Positions 1 to 11,387 of a stretch of DNA of 64,000 nucleotides are shown here, piece after piece. The stretch comes from Cyanophora paradoxa CCMP329 (taxonomy: Eukaryota; Plantae; Glaucophyta). A program made the translations under genes and the position numbers. The notes under the pieces are model-generated. The model ran no database searches. It was not told the DNA's origin and saw only the letters and a list, made by a program, of their open reading frames with translations. The stretch lies in the NCBI GenBank assembly GCA_004431415.1, contig QPMI01000542.1, positions 1 through 64,000 on the forward strand, in the 5' to 3' direction. Position 1 is the stretch's first letter. Each line of letters opens with the position of its first letter.

Positions 1-2650
1 CTCCTGTGGGTGGTTGCTTCTCTCAACACTGAGTGGATTGGATCAAAGAGAGCAACTGTGAATGTAAGAATATTGATGGTCAAGACTGCTTCAAGTATGC
101 AATCTTGGCTTACCTGCACCGAAATGATATAATAAACACAAGAGCAATGAACCCAGCCAGTATAGAAGATGGTTAAACGAACTCAATTTCGAAGGCATCC
201 AGTTTCCAGTTGCCTGTGATGCAGAGGTTATTGATCGATTTGAGGAGCAGAACCCTGAACTGAGTATCAACATTTATGGTGCAGATAATCAAGCACAGTG
301 TTTCTATCCTCTCCATCAATCCAGCAACCCAGGAGAAAGACCAAGATTAACCTTTTATTAATCGAAAACGAAGAGGATGATAGAGGGCATTATATCACCA
401 TCATGTCTCTGAGTAGACTTCCTGAAAACCACCTTTGATAAAGCCCATTGATGGTCGCATTTATTACTGTGAGACCTGCCTGTCTCGTTTCAGAACTCAG
501 GAGAAGCTGGATGTTCATTAGAAGCAATCGCTGCATTGATTGGAGGGAGAGCAAAGGTAAATGCCCGAAATCTGGAAGTCACATTGCATTTGGGCTTCAA
601 CACCTTCGCAAAACTGTGTGGCTTCCCACTATCTGCTATGTAAAATGGATAGTCACTCGGTTCCAATTGATGAGAACCGCAGCAAGAGAGAGGTAAAATC
701 GGTTTCTCTAACAGTTGTGATGGGGGATGAGGTGATCTCTCATTATTTCGAGGGATCAGATCCACTTGGTGCTCTGTTTACCACTCTCACAGAGATCAGA
801 CCCCAAGTAATCCGCACTCTATTCACCAATATTCCAATGCACCCACTCACAGAAGAGCAGAAAGCACAATACAAGATCACTAAACACTGTTATATCTGTG
901 CTGAACGATTTACCCATGAGAATTTCCCAGTGAGAGACCATTGTCATCAATCAGGAGCATTTATTGGGAAAGCATGCCGAAACTGCAACCTCCACAGGAA
1001 ATCTCAAAGCAAACCAAAGTAGCAATTGTGGTGGATCACATGGATGAATGTGGACACGAAATATTCCGCAAAATTGCACAGCAAGATGATAAACTTCGTG
1101 TTGAGATTCTGAGCAAGAATTTCGACCAATACCTCTCCCTGCAATGGGGCATGTGGAAATTCATAGATGCTTCGCACTTCATGACTTCCAGGCAGTGGAT
1201 GCAGGTGATCTAATGGGTAAATTCCAGACATTCCGAGAATTGGCGTTTTCCCATATGGATTGGATCCTGCCCACTATGTTTCTGCTCCTGATTATCCTGG
1301 GATGCAATGCTAATTTACACCAGAGCAAAGATAGAGCAGATCAGTGATGTAGGCAGTACGAATTTATTGAGAGGGCAATTCGAGGTGGATTTGCTACAAT
1401 GCCTACTCGATATGCAAAGGTGGAAAGCCCAGATGACCACATAGTTCTCTTGGATTCAAATAATCTGTATGGTTATGCTCTCAGTCAAGAACTGCCAGTG
1501 GCGATTTTCGCTGGGAAGATGTCACAGAGCACTCAAAGAGACCCCTGGACGAAGTGCCTTTATTGAAGTAGACCTGGAATACCCACAAACTCTCACAGAT
1601 CATTACGATTTTCCGCTTGTAGTGAATAAAGAGCATGTCACCATCGAAATGCTGGGTGAGTATCAACGAAAACTACTGGATATCACAGGTGAGAAGATAA
1701 GCAAGACCCCAAACTCACAGCAACATTCTCACCCAAAACAAACTATGTAATCTCCCAACCTCTCTTGGTCTACCTGGTGAGCAAAGGTATTATAATAAAA
1801 AAGGTTCACAGGGTGCTCTCATTTGCAACCTCTGCATTTATGAAGAGTTACATTGATCTAAATACGAAACTGAGGCGACAATCTGTGACCAGATTCGAGA
1901 GTGACTTCTTTAAGTTAATGAACAATGCAATCTATGGTAAATGCCTCGAATCATTCAGGGGTCGATCTGTGGTAAAGATTGCTAATAGTGAGAAACTCTG
2001 CAAGAAATATGCTGCAAGTCCACTCATCAAGGCAACCAATGTATTAAACGAAAATGCTGTTGCCTTTGAGATGTACTCAAAGCATGTTCACTTAGATAAA
2101 CCAGTTGCAATTGGGCTTTTGTGCTGGATTCGCGAAACTCCATAATAGCAGGTTCTTTTATGATGTGGTGAGGAGCACTGGGAAACAGCAGAGCTGCTAT
2201 TCCATGATACAGATTCTTTCTGTCTGCTGCTGCATACCAATGATCTAAATAATGAGATGAAGCGAATTACTGAGCACCTGGATTGCAGTAATTATGATCC
2301 TGCCCACCCTCTCTATGACAGGAGTAATCGTTTGATTCCAGGTAAATATAAAAACGAGTTTCCCAGTGCAAAGATTGTGGAGTATGTAGGTCTGAGATCG
2401 AAACTCTATGCTTTCAGAACTGATACCTTTGATAAAATAAAGATGTCTGGACTTCCTCGAAAGAGGTTCACTTTGATGATTTCAAGAGATGCCTGTTTGA
2501 AGGCATCACCAAAACAGTAGCAGTAGTAAACAAGCGAAGGCAAGACCACAACTATATGATTTGGAGAGCAGAAGGGTGGTTCTAAACCAACTCGATAGCA
2601 AAAGGAAGATATTAGACGATGGAATTCACAGCATTCCATTCGGGCTCTAA
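1..2650 (+). pseudogene. polB: Protein-primed family B DNA polymerase with EndoVII-like Zn insert; multiple frameshifts (decay or assembly indels); 5' end outside window
   Basis: Fragments in order across frames: NVKNIDGQDCFKYAILAYLH; HCYICAERF..VRDHCHQSGAFIGKACRNCNL; ERAIRGGF; motif A LLDSNNLYGYALSQELP; FIEVDLEYP; motif B FFKLMNNAIYGKCLES; motif C FHDTDSF; GKYKNEF..EYVGLRSKLYAF; C-terminus DSKRKILDDGIHSIPFGL* ending at 2650. Confidence 0.93.
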
Positions 2651-2830
2651 TCTACTTCATCAATCTTTCTTTTTCTTTGGTTCGCTCTCAAGAAGTAATA
2701 AACGCGAATTAAATGCAGCAGCCATATACATCTTAATCCAGGGTCATTGGGCTCGATTGCAAAGTAGTTGGGAATTGTGTTCTCCTTCCACACAGACTCT
2801 TGCATTTATTATATGAGAGATAAGGTAAAG

Positions 2831-4200
2831 ATGCCTTCTACACAAATAGGATTGAGACAACCACCCAGAATTGTTAGAAAAGAAGCAATTGAAGATCGAG
2901 GGAATATTCTGCCCATCACAGTTCCAGTGGAGGAGAAGAGCAGTCGAATATTAAAAAGATCAGAGATGGTCAAGCAATTAATCCCAGAGACACTCCCAGC
3001 TGAGACAGCACCAAAAGAGTCAAAGATTGCTAAGAAGTTCTATGATCCAGGACAGGCTACAAGGATTTACTGCAATGAGACAGGAACTACCAGAGGAGAA
3101 CTACAAGAAGATGAGAGAATGGTATGATAAGCAGGAGGTTGTCCAAATTAATGCACCCACCCTATCTCGAAAGAGAGATCCCATGATTCCAATTAGGCAA
3201 CCCCTTGATACCTATGTGATTGATCTGCTCTTCTTTCCTGCATACAAAAAGCAGAATGATGGTTATGATACATTTATGAGTGCAATGGAGTCAACCCTGA
3301 GAACAGGGTTCATTATTCCAATGAGAGACAAAAGTGCTCTTACTACACTTGCAGCATTCAAGCAACTTGAACAGAGAGTCCCAGACCTATTGTTCGCATT
3401 CAGAGTGATAGTGGAAGCGAATTTACCAATGTGTTATTCACAGATTATTTGGGAACGAAATTCATTGAGCATCAACTAAGTGATGTTGCAGATCACAGAA
3501 CCCAAGGTCGGATTGAAGCCTTTAACAGGCAGATCAAGAGATTGATCACAAACTACTGCATTGCAAATAATACTGCACGATTTTTTGATGTGTTGGGTGA
3601 CATTGAGTATAATTATAATAACACCATTCACTCTGCAACCAAGAGAAAACCAGCAGAAACCACAGAAGCCCACTACAAAGAGATTGTGAGTATGGAGGAT
3701 CAGAGATTCAAGAAATCGATTGAGTATCTCGATGCTCTGAAACCTGGAATGTTTGTGAGAGTGAAAGTTGAAAAGAACCCATTTGCAAAGCAGGGAGTGA
3801 ATTGGTCTCGAATTGTTTATAGTGTAGAGGGAAGAGAGGCTTCAAGTTCAGAATCAGAAGCCCCAGTGGTGAGATAGTTGATGGTAGATTCGCTTTCATG
3901 AACTGCTGCCCATCAAAGGTGTTGAGTATCATGAAACCCCCACAGTGGATGCCTTGAACAGGCAAAAGAGGAAGCCAGGGTTGATTCAGCAATCAGAAAG
4001 GAGGGCATAGAAAAAGCAAGTGAAGTACCAAAAGAGCCCCTCACAGAAGCAAGAGCACAAAAGAAGGGCAGAGTAGAGAAAGAATTAAAGAAGTTGACCA
4101 TAGCAGGAACCCAGAAATTATCAGAAGTTAACAGTCAGAGATGGTATAATGACTTTTCAACCACCAAGGAACATATACTGCACCCCAAACTCGCTTCAAT
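2831..4200 (+). pseudogene. Retroviral-type (rve) DDE integrase, frameshifted; 3' end approximate
   Basis: ATG at 2831. Catalytic triad in YVIDLLFF, (RI)QSDSGSEFTN and QGRIEAFNRQIK, followed by YNNTIHSATKRKP and an SH3-like LKPGMFVRV..NWSRIVYSV segment typical of Polinton integrases. Confidence 0.9.
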
Positions 4201-4268
4201 TTACGAAGTGGGCAGAGGAAATAGATTAACAACGCTTTCGGAATCTCTTAGACTCTGGCGAATTTTCC

Positions 4269-4466
4269 TCATTTGTCTATCTTTTCAAGAATTTCCAAGA
4301 AGAAAGTTTCAAGGTTTGAGACCAGCTGGTAATTGTAAACAAAGAACAGTCTCACATGCTCTGGCTGTGACATGAAGAAATTGTAATAGAAAGCAGTTTT
4401 GAAATCATGGATCCAGTCTGATTGGGCAGCATGGATGATAGCAGGGTCTTGGTAGATGGGATCCAT
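4269..4466 (-). CDS. Small hypothetical viral protein (may continue to ~4200 via a frameshift)
   Basis: ATG at 4466 (MDPIYQDPAII...). Protein-like composition, no recognisable motif. Confidence 0.3.
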   Translation of the reverse strand: MDPIYQDPAIIHAAQSDWIHDFKTAFYYNFFMSQPEHVRLFFVYNYQLVSNLETFFLEILEKIDK

Positions 4467-4631
4467 AGCAGAAGTTGAGAGAATCCAGAAAATCCTTGTC
4501 AATTTTTTATTTTGTTAGTGCCCGATCTCGACGAAACCTGATAGCCGCTGGCGAGAGGATTCCGAATCTGCTTTCAGAATTGAAAACGGAGCAGTTGGTA
4601 ATAAAATACATATATATGACCGATATTGATG

Positions 4632-4732
4632 GAGTTTCAGTCAAGTTTCGATGAAGTTTCGGAGCGAAGTTTCGGTGAAGTTTCGGAGCGAAGTTTTGTG
4701 AAGTTTCGGTAAAGTTTCGGTGAAGTTTCGGT
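4632..4732. repeat. Tandem GAAGTTTCGG array (~9 copies, 10-13 nt period)
   Basis: Directly visible: gaagtttcggagc gaagtttcggt gaagtttcggagc ... Confidence 0.9.
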
Positions 4733-4761
4733 CAATAGGATAATTTGACGGAATAAATTAA

Positions 4762-4965
4762 TTTGTCACCAGTGACAAATTATGTCACCGGTGACAAATT
4801 ATGTCATCGGTGACAAATTATGTCATCGGTGACCGAATTCACCAAAGAAATTATGTCACCGTTGACAAATAAAGCCATTTGTAACCAAATTCACGTAAGA
4901 AATTATGTCACCGGTGACAAATTAAGTCATCGGTGACCTCATTAATTATGTCACAGGTGACAAAT
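4762..4965. repeat. Array of palindromic TGTCACCGGTGACA(aatta) units (~8 copies, 19-nt period in the first block)
   Basis: tgtcaccagtgacaaatta tgtcaccggtgacaaatta tgtcatcggtgacaaatta ..., with further copies near 4854, 4906, 4927 and 4949. Confidence 0.9.
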
Positions 4966-5392
4966 AAAACTATGATGCATATGAAACATATATGTCGCAT
5001 ATATACACAAAACTCCGCATTCCCGGTTGACTCAGACGGAATTTCTGGTAAAAAAGTGTATATATATGCATATATATACTTGACGGTTCGCGTTACTACT
5101 GTGGGCATCGCGTTGCTGCTGTGGCGATTTCGCCATCTTCAAACGCTTGTATCTCACCACCAGATCATCAGATCGTGACCGTCAACATAGCGCTGGAAAG
5201 CGCTTGAAAAGATCTACACGATGGTGTAGGTATCAAGTATATATACGTATATATTACATACAAATATTTCGAAAAACGATTAATCGGCTACTTTCTACTG
5301 TAAGGAACATACAGTAAAATAATGCGAAAATACAGTAGCTACTGTTAAAAAAGCCATAATCTGGCGCACCATACATCAGAAGTCCTGAATTT

Positions 5393-6932
5393 CTATACAC
5401 TTCGAATAAATGCACCTGTGACATCCACTCTCATGGTTGGGTTATTTATATATACAATTGGATAAATACGAATATACCTTGTCCTCAGAGGGTAGCCAAT
5501 ATAGAAAACGTCTCTTATAGAGGTGGGATACCCAGAACTGTATGAGACATCACCACTATTATGGGCATTATTAATAGTTTCACACATAAACACTCTGTTG
5601 ACACCTTCATACTTGATAAATGACCAGGAAACACCATCTTGTGATGTTGCAACATTGAAGGTCTTAACAAAGGCATTGGTCACACCAGAACCATATGCAA
5701 TTATAGATGCTACCTCAAATATATATGGGAAGGATACTTGCAGATACTCAGTGGGAACACTCCATATTCCATCAGGAGCAGATGCATTTGCCTCCCAACC
5801 AGTCAAGGAAGGTCTTGCTTTAAATGCCTCCCTTCCAATTTTTGATGATGATGCAGTGAATGAACCATCTGATAGAAGATACCAGTTAGCATCAATGGGA
5901 GGCATGTTATTCAGAGTTGATGATATATAGAACCTTGCAGGGTTCTTGATTTCATAATTTGCAACCAGTAAATCACAGAGTCTATCAATCATTACAGTGT
6001 TTGCTGCTATATATATTTCGGTTGCATCTATCATATCTGGGATCTTAGAGGTATCATCCAGAGAGTTTACTATGGTCTTTGGAAGTGGAACAGAGAGTCT
6101 ATAATATCTTGCATATCCCTGGTCATCATTATATGGGAGAAACTCTTGCATCTTTTCCAGGGCTGAGAGTTCACTTGCAGCCATCAACATATTAATTAAT
6201 GGACTCCCAGAGGTCGAAGCAATCCAAGAGAGAATACCCCAGCTGTTCACATCTTCATAGGAATATCCCACATTTGGGGCATCTGTCTCATTCACCTCAC
6301 CACAGGATATACTGATCACAATTATATCATCATCATCATCATAGATCTTTTTAGCATGGCTGTAACCACATACACTGGGGTTATTATTACCTGAGATTGC
6401 ACCATCAATTAGAGACATCCCATCATAGTTCACAGGTGAGAAGTAAGTAGGAGCAGCAGAGGTGGATCTTGCAGCAATCTTGCTGGGGATGGATTTGTAG
6501 GAGTTATCATTGGTGATAAAGATGGGCTTCATACTCACAGTGTCAAAACTTGTGATCACTACATCTTTTAGAGAGTCTTGAATGAGAGACTCACCAGTAA
6601 CAGTGAGAATGGCTGTCTCCAATGGGGTCACATCATACTTGGTGTTGAAAAGGGCATTATCTATAATATTTCTGGGATTTGCAAAGATTAATGGAAGTTG
6701 ATTGAGATATGTTGAATGCAAATCGGTAGCAGTGAGTTTGGGTTCGTTTGGAAATTCGGGATTTTTCACATTGAGACCAATCGCAATAATCCCACCAGTG
6801 GATGTTCCACTCACCAGGTCAACAAGGTCTATTACTCTTTTCCAGTTCGAGTTTCGATTTCTTTTAGCAATCTCGTAATAATTATACCACGAGCTCCCCC
6901 ACCTGAGAGACTGAGAATAACACGAAGGGCAT
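5393..6932 (-). CDS. Patatin-like phospholipase fused to a C-terminal F5/8 type C (discoidin) domain; two 1-nt indels in the 5' part
   Basis: Upstream frame reads LRVILSLSGGGARG (oxyanion motif), joined across a homopolymer indel near 6840 to SGTSTGG (catalytic Ser), AARSTSAAPTYF and LIDGA (catalytic Asp). The C-terminus EYLQVSF..AFVKTFNVATSQDGVSW..RTRYIRIYP..MRVDVTG is F5/8-C. Confidence 0.88.
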
Positions 6933-6981
6933 CTTTACTTAACTCAAATTTAATAAATCTCTATAAGTAGAGTAAACAGGG

Positions 6982-9900
6982 ATGAGTTTCAATTACCCAG
7001 CAAACCTACAAACCATTCCCTCATCAGGAAGAGGGAAGACAGATAACAAACATGTAAATTTCGATAACTTGACAGCCAGAGGGTCGATCTCTATTGACCA
7101 CAGTGCAGATGAACCTCAAAGACTCACCCAAGAGAGCATGCACTTTCAATAAACGAAATGGATCCTGAAAAAGAGGATGTGAGTGTTGCTTTCAGCATGG
7201 GAATGTGAAATCGAATCAGGTAGCCCAGATTAAAGCAACCAGGAGCAGACCAAGAAAACTGAAAACCAGTGGAACCCACCCAGATATTCCAACTCGATTC
7301 GATAGTGGAAGGTTGATATTCAATGTTCAAAACGAGAAGGGTGGGCATCAGAGTGGTTTGAGAATCTATAATGAAGGATCAAATGCAATTGCACAAATTC
7401 CCGAAATATTACAGATAGCCCCCCATGGAGAAACCAACAAAATCGAGTTCACTAACAATGTTTATCCACGAGATATTGTGGCGAATTCGGCTTCTAATGC
7501 GCAATTCGGTTTCCAATTACCAGGTGATACAGCAAAGAATAAGGCGTCTATCACTGTCAACAGTAGCCCCACTCAACCAGTAACAATTCATTTACACCCA
7601 GACCTTGTCGAAATGGACAGGCACCTTTTACCTTTGGTAACCAACACCAAAGATCTTGGTATCAGAACCAGGCAATGGCGAAATATCCATGGAAGCAATG
7701 TGTATGCAAATGGTGAGAAACTGGTAAGTGAGAAGACCATAAGAGAGATCTTTGAATATTATGGACCTAATGGACCTGTCCCAGTTCCCTTTCCTCTTCC
7801 ATGGGATCCACCAGATTTAACACCCAAAAAGCAACCAGGAAGAGAGTATACAGCAGATGAGACAGTTCCCTTTGGGCAGCACATTGTGAGTTGGGAGCAG
7901 GTTCGAAATAAACCGATAATTGAACCAAGAAAGCAGATTGATGAGCAATATTTACCTCCTGAAATCGACATATTGGAGCTTGATGATTACTACTTCGTCC
8001 CAGATGAGGAGGAATACCTACCTGATGGTTTCGACCCACAGGAATATGAATATGATCAATATGAACCCAATGAGGAAGAGTATTTACCAGATGGTTTAGA
8101 TCCACAAGAGTATGAGTATGAGCAAAATTATGAACCCCATGAGGAATATTTAGCAGATGGTCACGAACCACCAGTTGTTGATTATGAGCAACCATATGAA
8201 CCCCATGAAGAATTATTACCAGATGGATTTCGACCTGAGATTTGGGAATTCTTCCCTGATTGGGAGCAGATCAACAATAAACCAGCCAGATTTCCACCAG
8301 AGGATCACAACCATGACTGGGATGAGATATTAGGTAAACCAGACAAATTCCCACCAGAGGATCACAGGCATGACTGGGGTGATATTGATGGAAAACCAGA
8401 AGAGTTTCCACCAGAAGATCACAGACATAAATGGAGCGAAATAGATGAACAACCAAAATTCGCATCAGCAGGTGATGATTTCGACACCTTACATGGTGTT
8501 ACTCTCTACCAAAGTAACACCATACCAGAGAGATTACGATTAGATGAATATTATGTGAATCGTAAAGGGATTGATGCAGGCACCACAATGGAAGGCGAAT
8601 TATACATCAGACCACCTACAAGAATGCAGATAATTGCAGCAGGCGGAAATTTCGGTTTGATGGACACCAAACCAGGTATCTATTTAACCAGTTACTATGC
8701 TGATGACATCCCAATGACAGATAGTTTAATATTATCGCTTCCATCTGATCCAGCAAACTATGATGATAAAGATGCAGCAATACAAATTAATGTTACTGAT
8801 GTGAGTGATTTAGATTCATCAAGACCCAAATTAATATTCACCAGAGAGAGACTGTTACCCAATGCTCTCATTGGAAATCGAGATGACTACAAGAGATGCG
8901 AAATCTCATGGATCAAAACAAATTATAATGGTGGAGTGGGTGAGGGTCTCTTAGAAATCAATCAGAGGGCAGCAGCAAAGAATATTCACAATGAGACCAT
9001 ATCAAGAGTGGTGACAGAGGATTACCTACAAGCCCAAAACTACATAGATGAAACAGAATTGAACACAATCATTGCAGGTATTAATATTGGTGTGACAGGT
9101 GATTACCTCCCTCTCACAGGTGGGATTATTGATGGAACAGTAACAGCATGCAACTTCTTTGTTCATACTGAAAGCAATCAAACCTTCCCTGTGGTTCATC
9201 CAGGAGGTGAGTATGAGATACCAGATGATCCAGCTATAATGCCCATCAAGATTGATCTACCTTCTGATTATGTTGGAAGGGGTGAACTGAAAATAATCGC
9301 TTTTACAGGAGACTATAATGATCTCCTAAACAAACCAACTGCTGCAAATCTGCACCCTGTTGCATTTTCGGGTAGTTTCCTTGATCTGAATAACAGGGCA
9401 CACACCCACACAAGAGCAGAGATCACAGATTTCAATACTCACACTCACACAAAATCCCAGATAACAGATTTTGCACACACCCACACCAGAGCAGATATTA
9501 CGAATTTCGCTCACACTCATGTTAAATCAGAGATAACAGATCTCGGAAATGTTGCATATGTTGGTCACACCCATACGAAGGCAGAGATTACAGATTTTGC
9601 ACACAATCACACTAAGGCAGAGATTACAGATTTTGCACACACTCATGATTGGAATACAGATATTTATAACAAACCAGCGATTTTCTCGGGCAACTACAAT
9701 GACCTGACCAATAAACCCACCCTCGATCCCTTTACAGCAACCACCATCAGAGCGAATAACACAATGTATGTAGGATCAGGTCAGATTGTAGAACCAGCAG
9801 GACCTATGTTTGAAGAAACATGGTTCTTTCACAATTCGCAAAATTACTTTGATAAAACCTTACTTGTTCGTGGAAATGCTTATGCAAGAAATTTCTATGC

Positions 9901-10278
9901 TATGAACCCTTCCAATAATCAGACTATTAGTAGATGTATCACAGAAGCAGATCTTTCCAGTCAACTCAATGCATATTTCAATGGGAAAATTCAAGCAGGA
10001 AAGTATGTTTACACTACTCCTGTTTTGAATTACAATAATTTATATGTGTTCAATCTAACTATCTATTTTACCAATGCCTTTGCTTCTCCTCCTGTTGTGA
10101 CAGCAACAGTAAGGCATGAAGGACAAGAACCAAATTATCAAGTAACTCCCGTCGTTTTACTGTGAATTTGTTGAATGTTTACAGTGATTATTTCACTTGT
10201 GAACTTTTCACTGATCCATATGCAATGAATAATTCATCCAAAACTGTAACGATCCATTACATTGCTGTCGCAATTTAA
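6982..10278 (+). CDS. Long phage-type tail-fibre-like protein with HxH repeats and a lectin-like tip; frameshifts near 7130-7200 and ~10150
   Basis: Core ORF 7205-10165 contains HxHxWxxIxGKPxxFPPxD repeats, GDYNDLLNKP motifs and ~7 HTHTKAEITDF repeats. The C-terminal YFTNAFASPPVVTATV continues in another frame to TIHYIAVAI* at 10278. ATG at 6982. Confidence 0.8.
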
Positions 10279-10297
10279 CTATTTCGTAATTATAAAG

Positions 10298-11365
10298 ATG
10301 ACCTCTCTATTAGAAATCCCAAACTATGAACTTGCAGCCAAATCACTTCATAGCACCTCTCATGGAGTAGTTGATTCAACCCCTGGGTATATTTGCACTG
10401 AAACTTCAAGTAATACCTCTTTCACAGAGAAAAACATACTCAGATTCAAAGAAATTCGATGTGATCGAAATGGAGGCAAGATAAGAACCACAGGCATTAT
10501 TATCTCGAATAAAAATCAAGTTCAAGCAGGTCAAGTAGTCCCCGATTCAGCAGTATATGATAATGTGGGTGGATTCACCACAGCACAGATAGTTAATTTC
10601 GATAACACAATAAATAATTCGGCTCTTGTAGTCAGAAGTGGAGGTGCCTATATTGGCGATGGGGCAATTGTGGTGGGGACTGTCACAGCAAATCAGTTGA
10701 CTGTGAATGGGACAAGTGTTTTCACTCAGTTGATGAATATTACCTCTGGTCTTTTAGGAAATATTGTCTATGGGACTCTTCAAGCATTTCTGAGAGTTCA
10801 AGCACCCGAAATTGGTAATGGAACAGATTCTAATACGACCTACAAACGAAATGGTAATGCAATTGTCACTCTTGAAAAAACAACAGTTGCACAGACAGAG
10901 ATAAAATCATTTACACTTTCTCCTACTTGCTATTTGAAAAGGACCTACTGCCCAAGATTGTGTATCACAAAAGTAACTAATCCTCCGACATCACAAGTAA
11001 CATGGTCATCTGGCGCTCGTCTTACTTTTACATTCCCTACATATGGAAGTTATTATGTCAACAATGAAGGCAACTGGGGAACCTACATGTTTACTGCACC
11101 TGTTGCAGGTGTTTACAGGGTTTTCTTTACAGGTCTCAGAATAGATACTCAGACTTCTTATGTTACTATTTTAAAGCTTTCAATAAATGGAGTTGCTTCC
11201 AGTTACGAAGTTGGCTGTTCATTAACAGGACAAATGGCTATCACATATGAAACATTAGTTACTCTGAACATGGGAGACACTGTTGGAATATTAAACTCAA
11301 CAGGTGTGACTATAACATTTGACACACGATGTTACTTGGGGGTTTATCTGGTTAGTGCTATATAA
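10298..11365 (+). CDS. Fibre/spike protein paralogue 1: shared N-terminal domain plus C1q/TNF-like head
   Basis: ATG at 10298 after TATAAAG. KEIRCDRNGG..SGGAYIGDG is shared with three neighbours. Head: MFTAPVAGVYRV..LNMGDTV..LGVYLV. Confidence 0.8.
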   Translation: MTSLLEIPNYELAAKSLHSTSHGVVDSTPGYICTETSSNTSFTEKNILRFKEIRCDRNGGKIRTTGIIISNKNQVQAGQVVPDSAVYDNVGGFTTAQIVNFDNTINNSALVVRSGGAYIGDGAIVVGTVTANQLTVNGTSVFTQLMNITSGLLGNIVYGTLQAFLRVQAPEIGNGTDSNTTYKRNGNAIVTLEKTTVAQTEIKSFTLSPTCYLKRTYCPRLCITKVTNPPTSQVTWSSGARLTFTFPTYGSYYVNNEGNWGTYMFTAPVAGVYRVFFTGLRIDTQTSYVTILKLSINGVASSYEVGCSLTGQMAITYETLVTLNMGDTVGILNSTGVTITFDTRCYLGVYLVSAI

Positions 11366-11387
11366 TATTGTATATGTAATATAAAGA

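Noticed and set aside
6830-7210. Programmed ribosomal frameshifting in the patatin and fibre 5' ends
   Set aside because: The patatin shifts are 1-nt losses in short homopolymers without an evident stimulatory structure. Sequencing error or decay is simpler.
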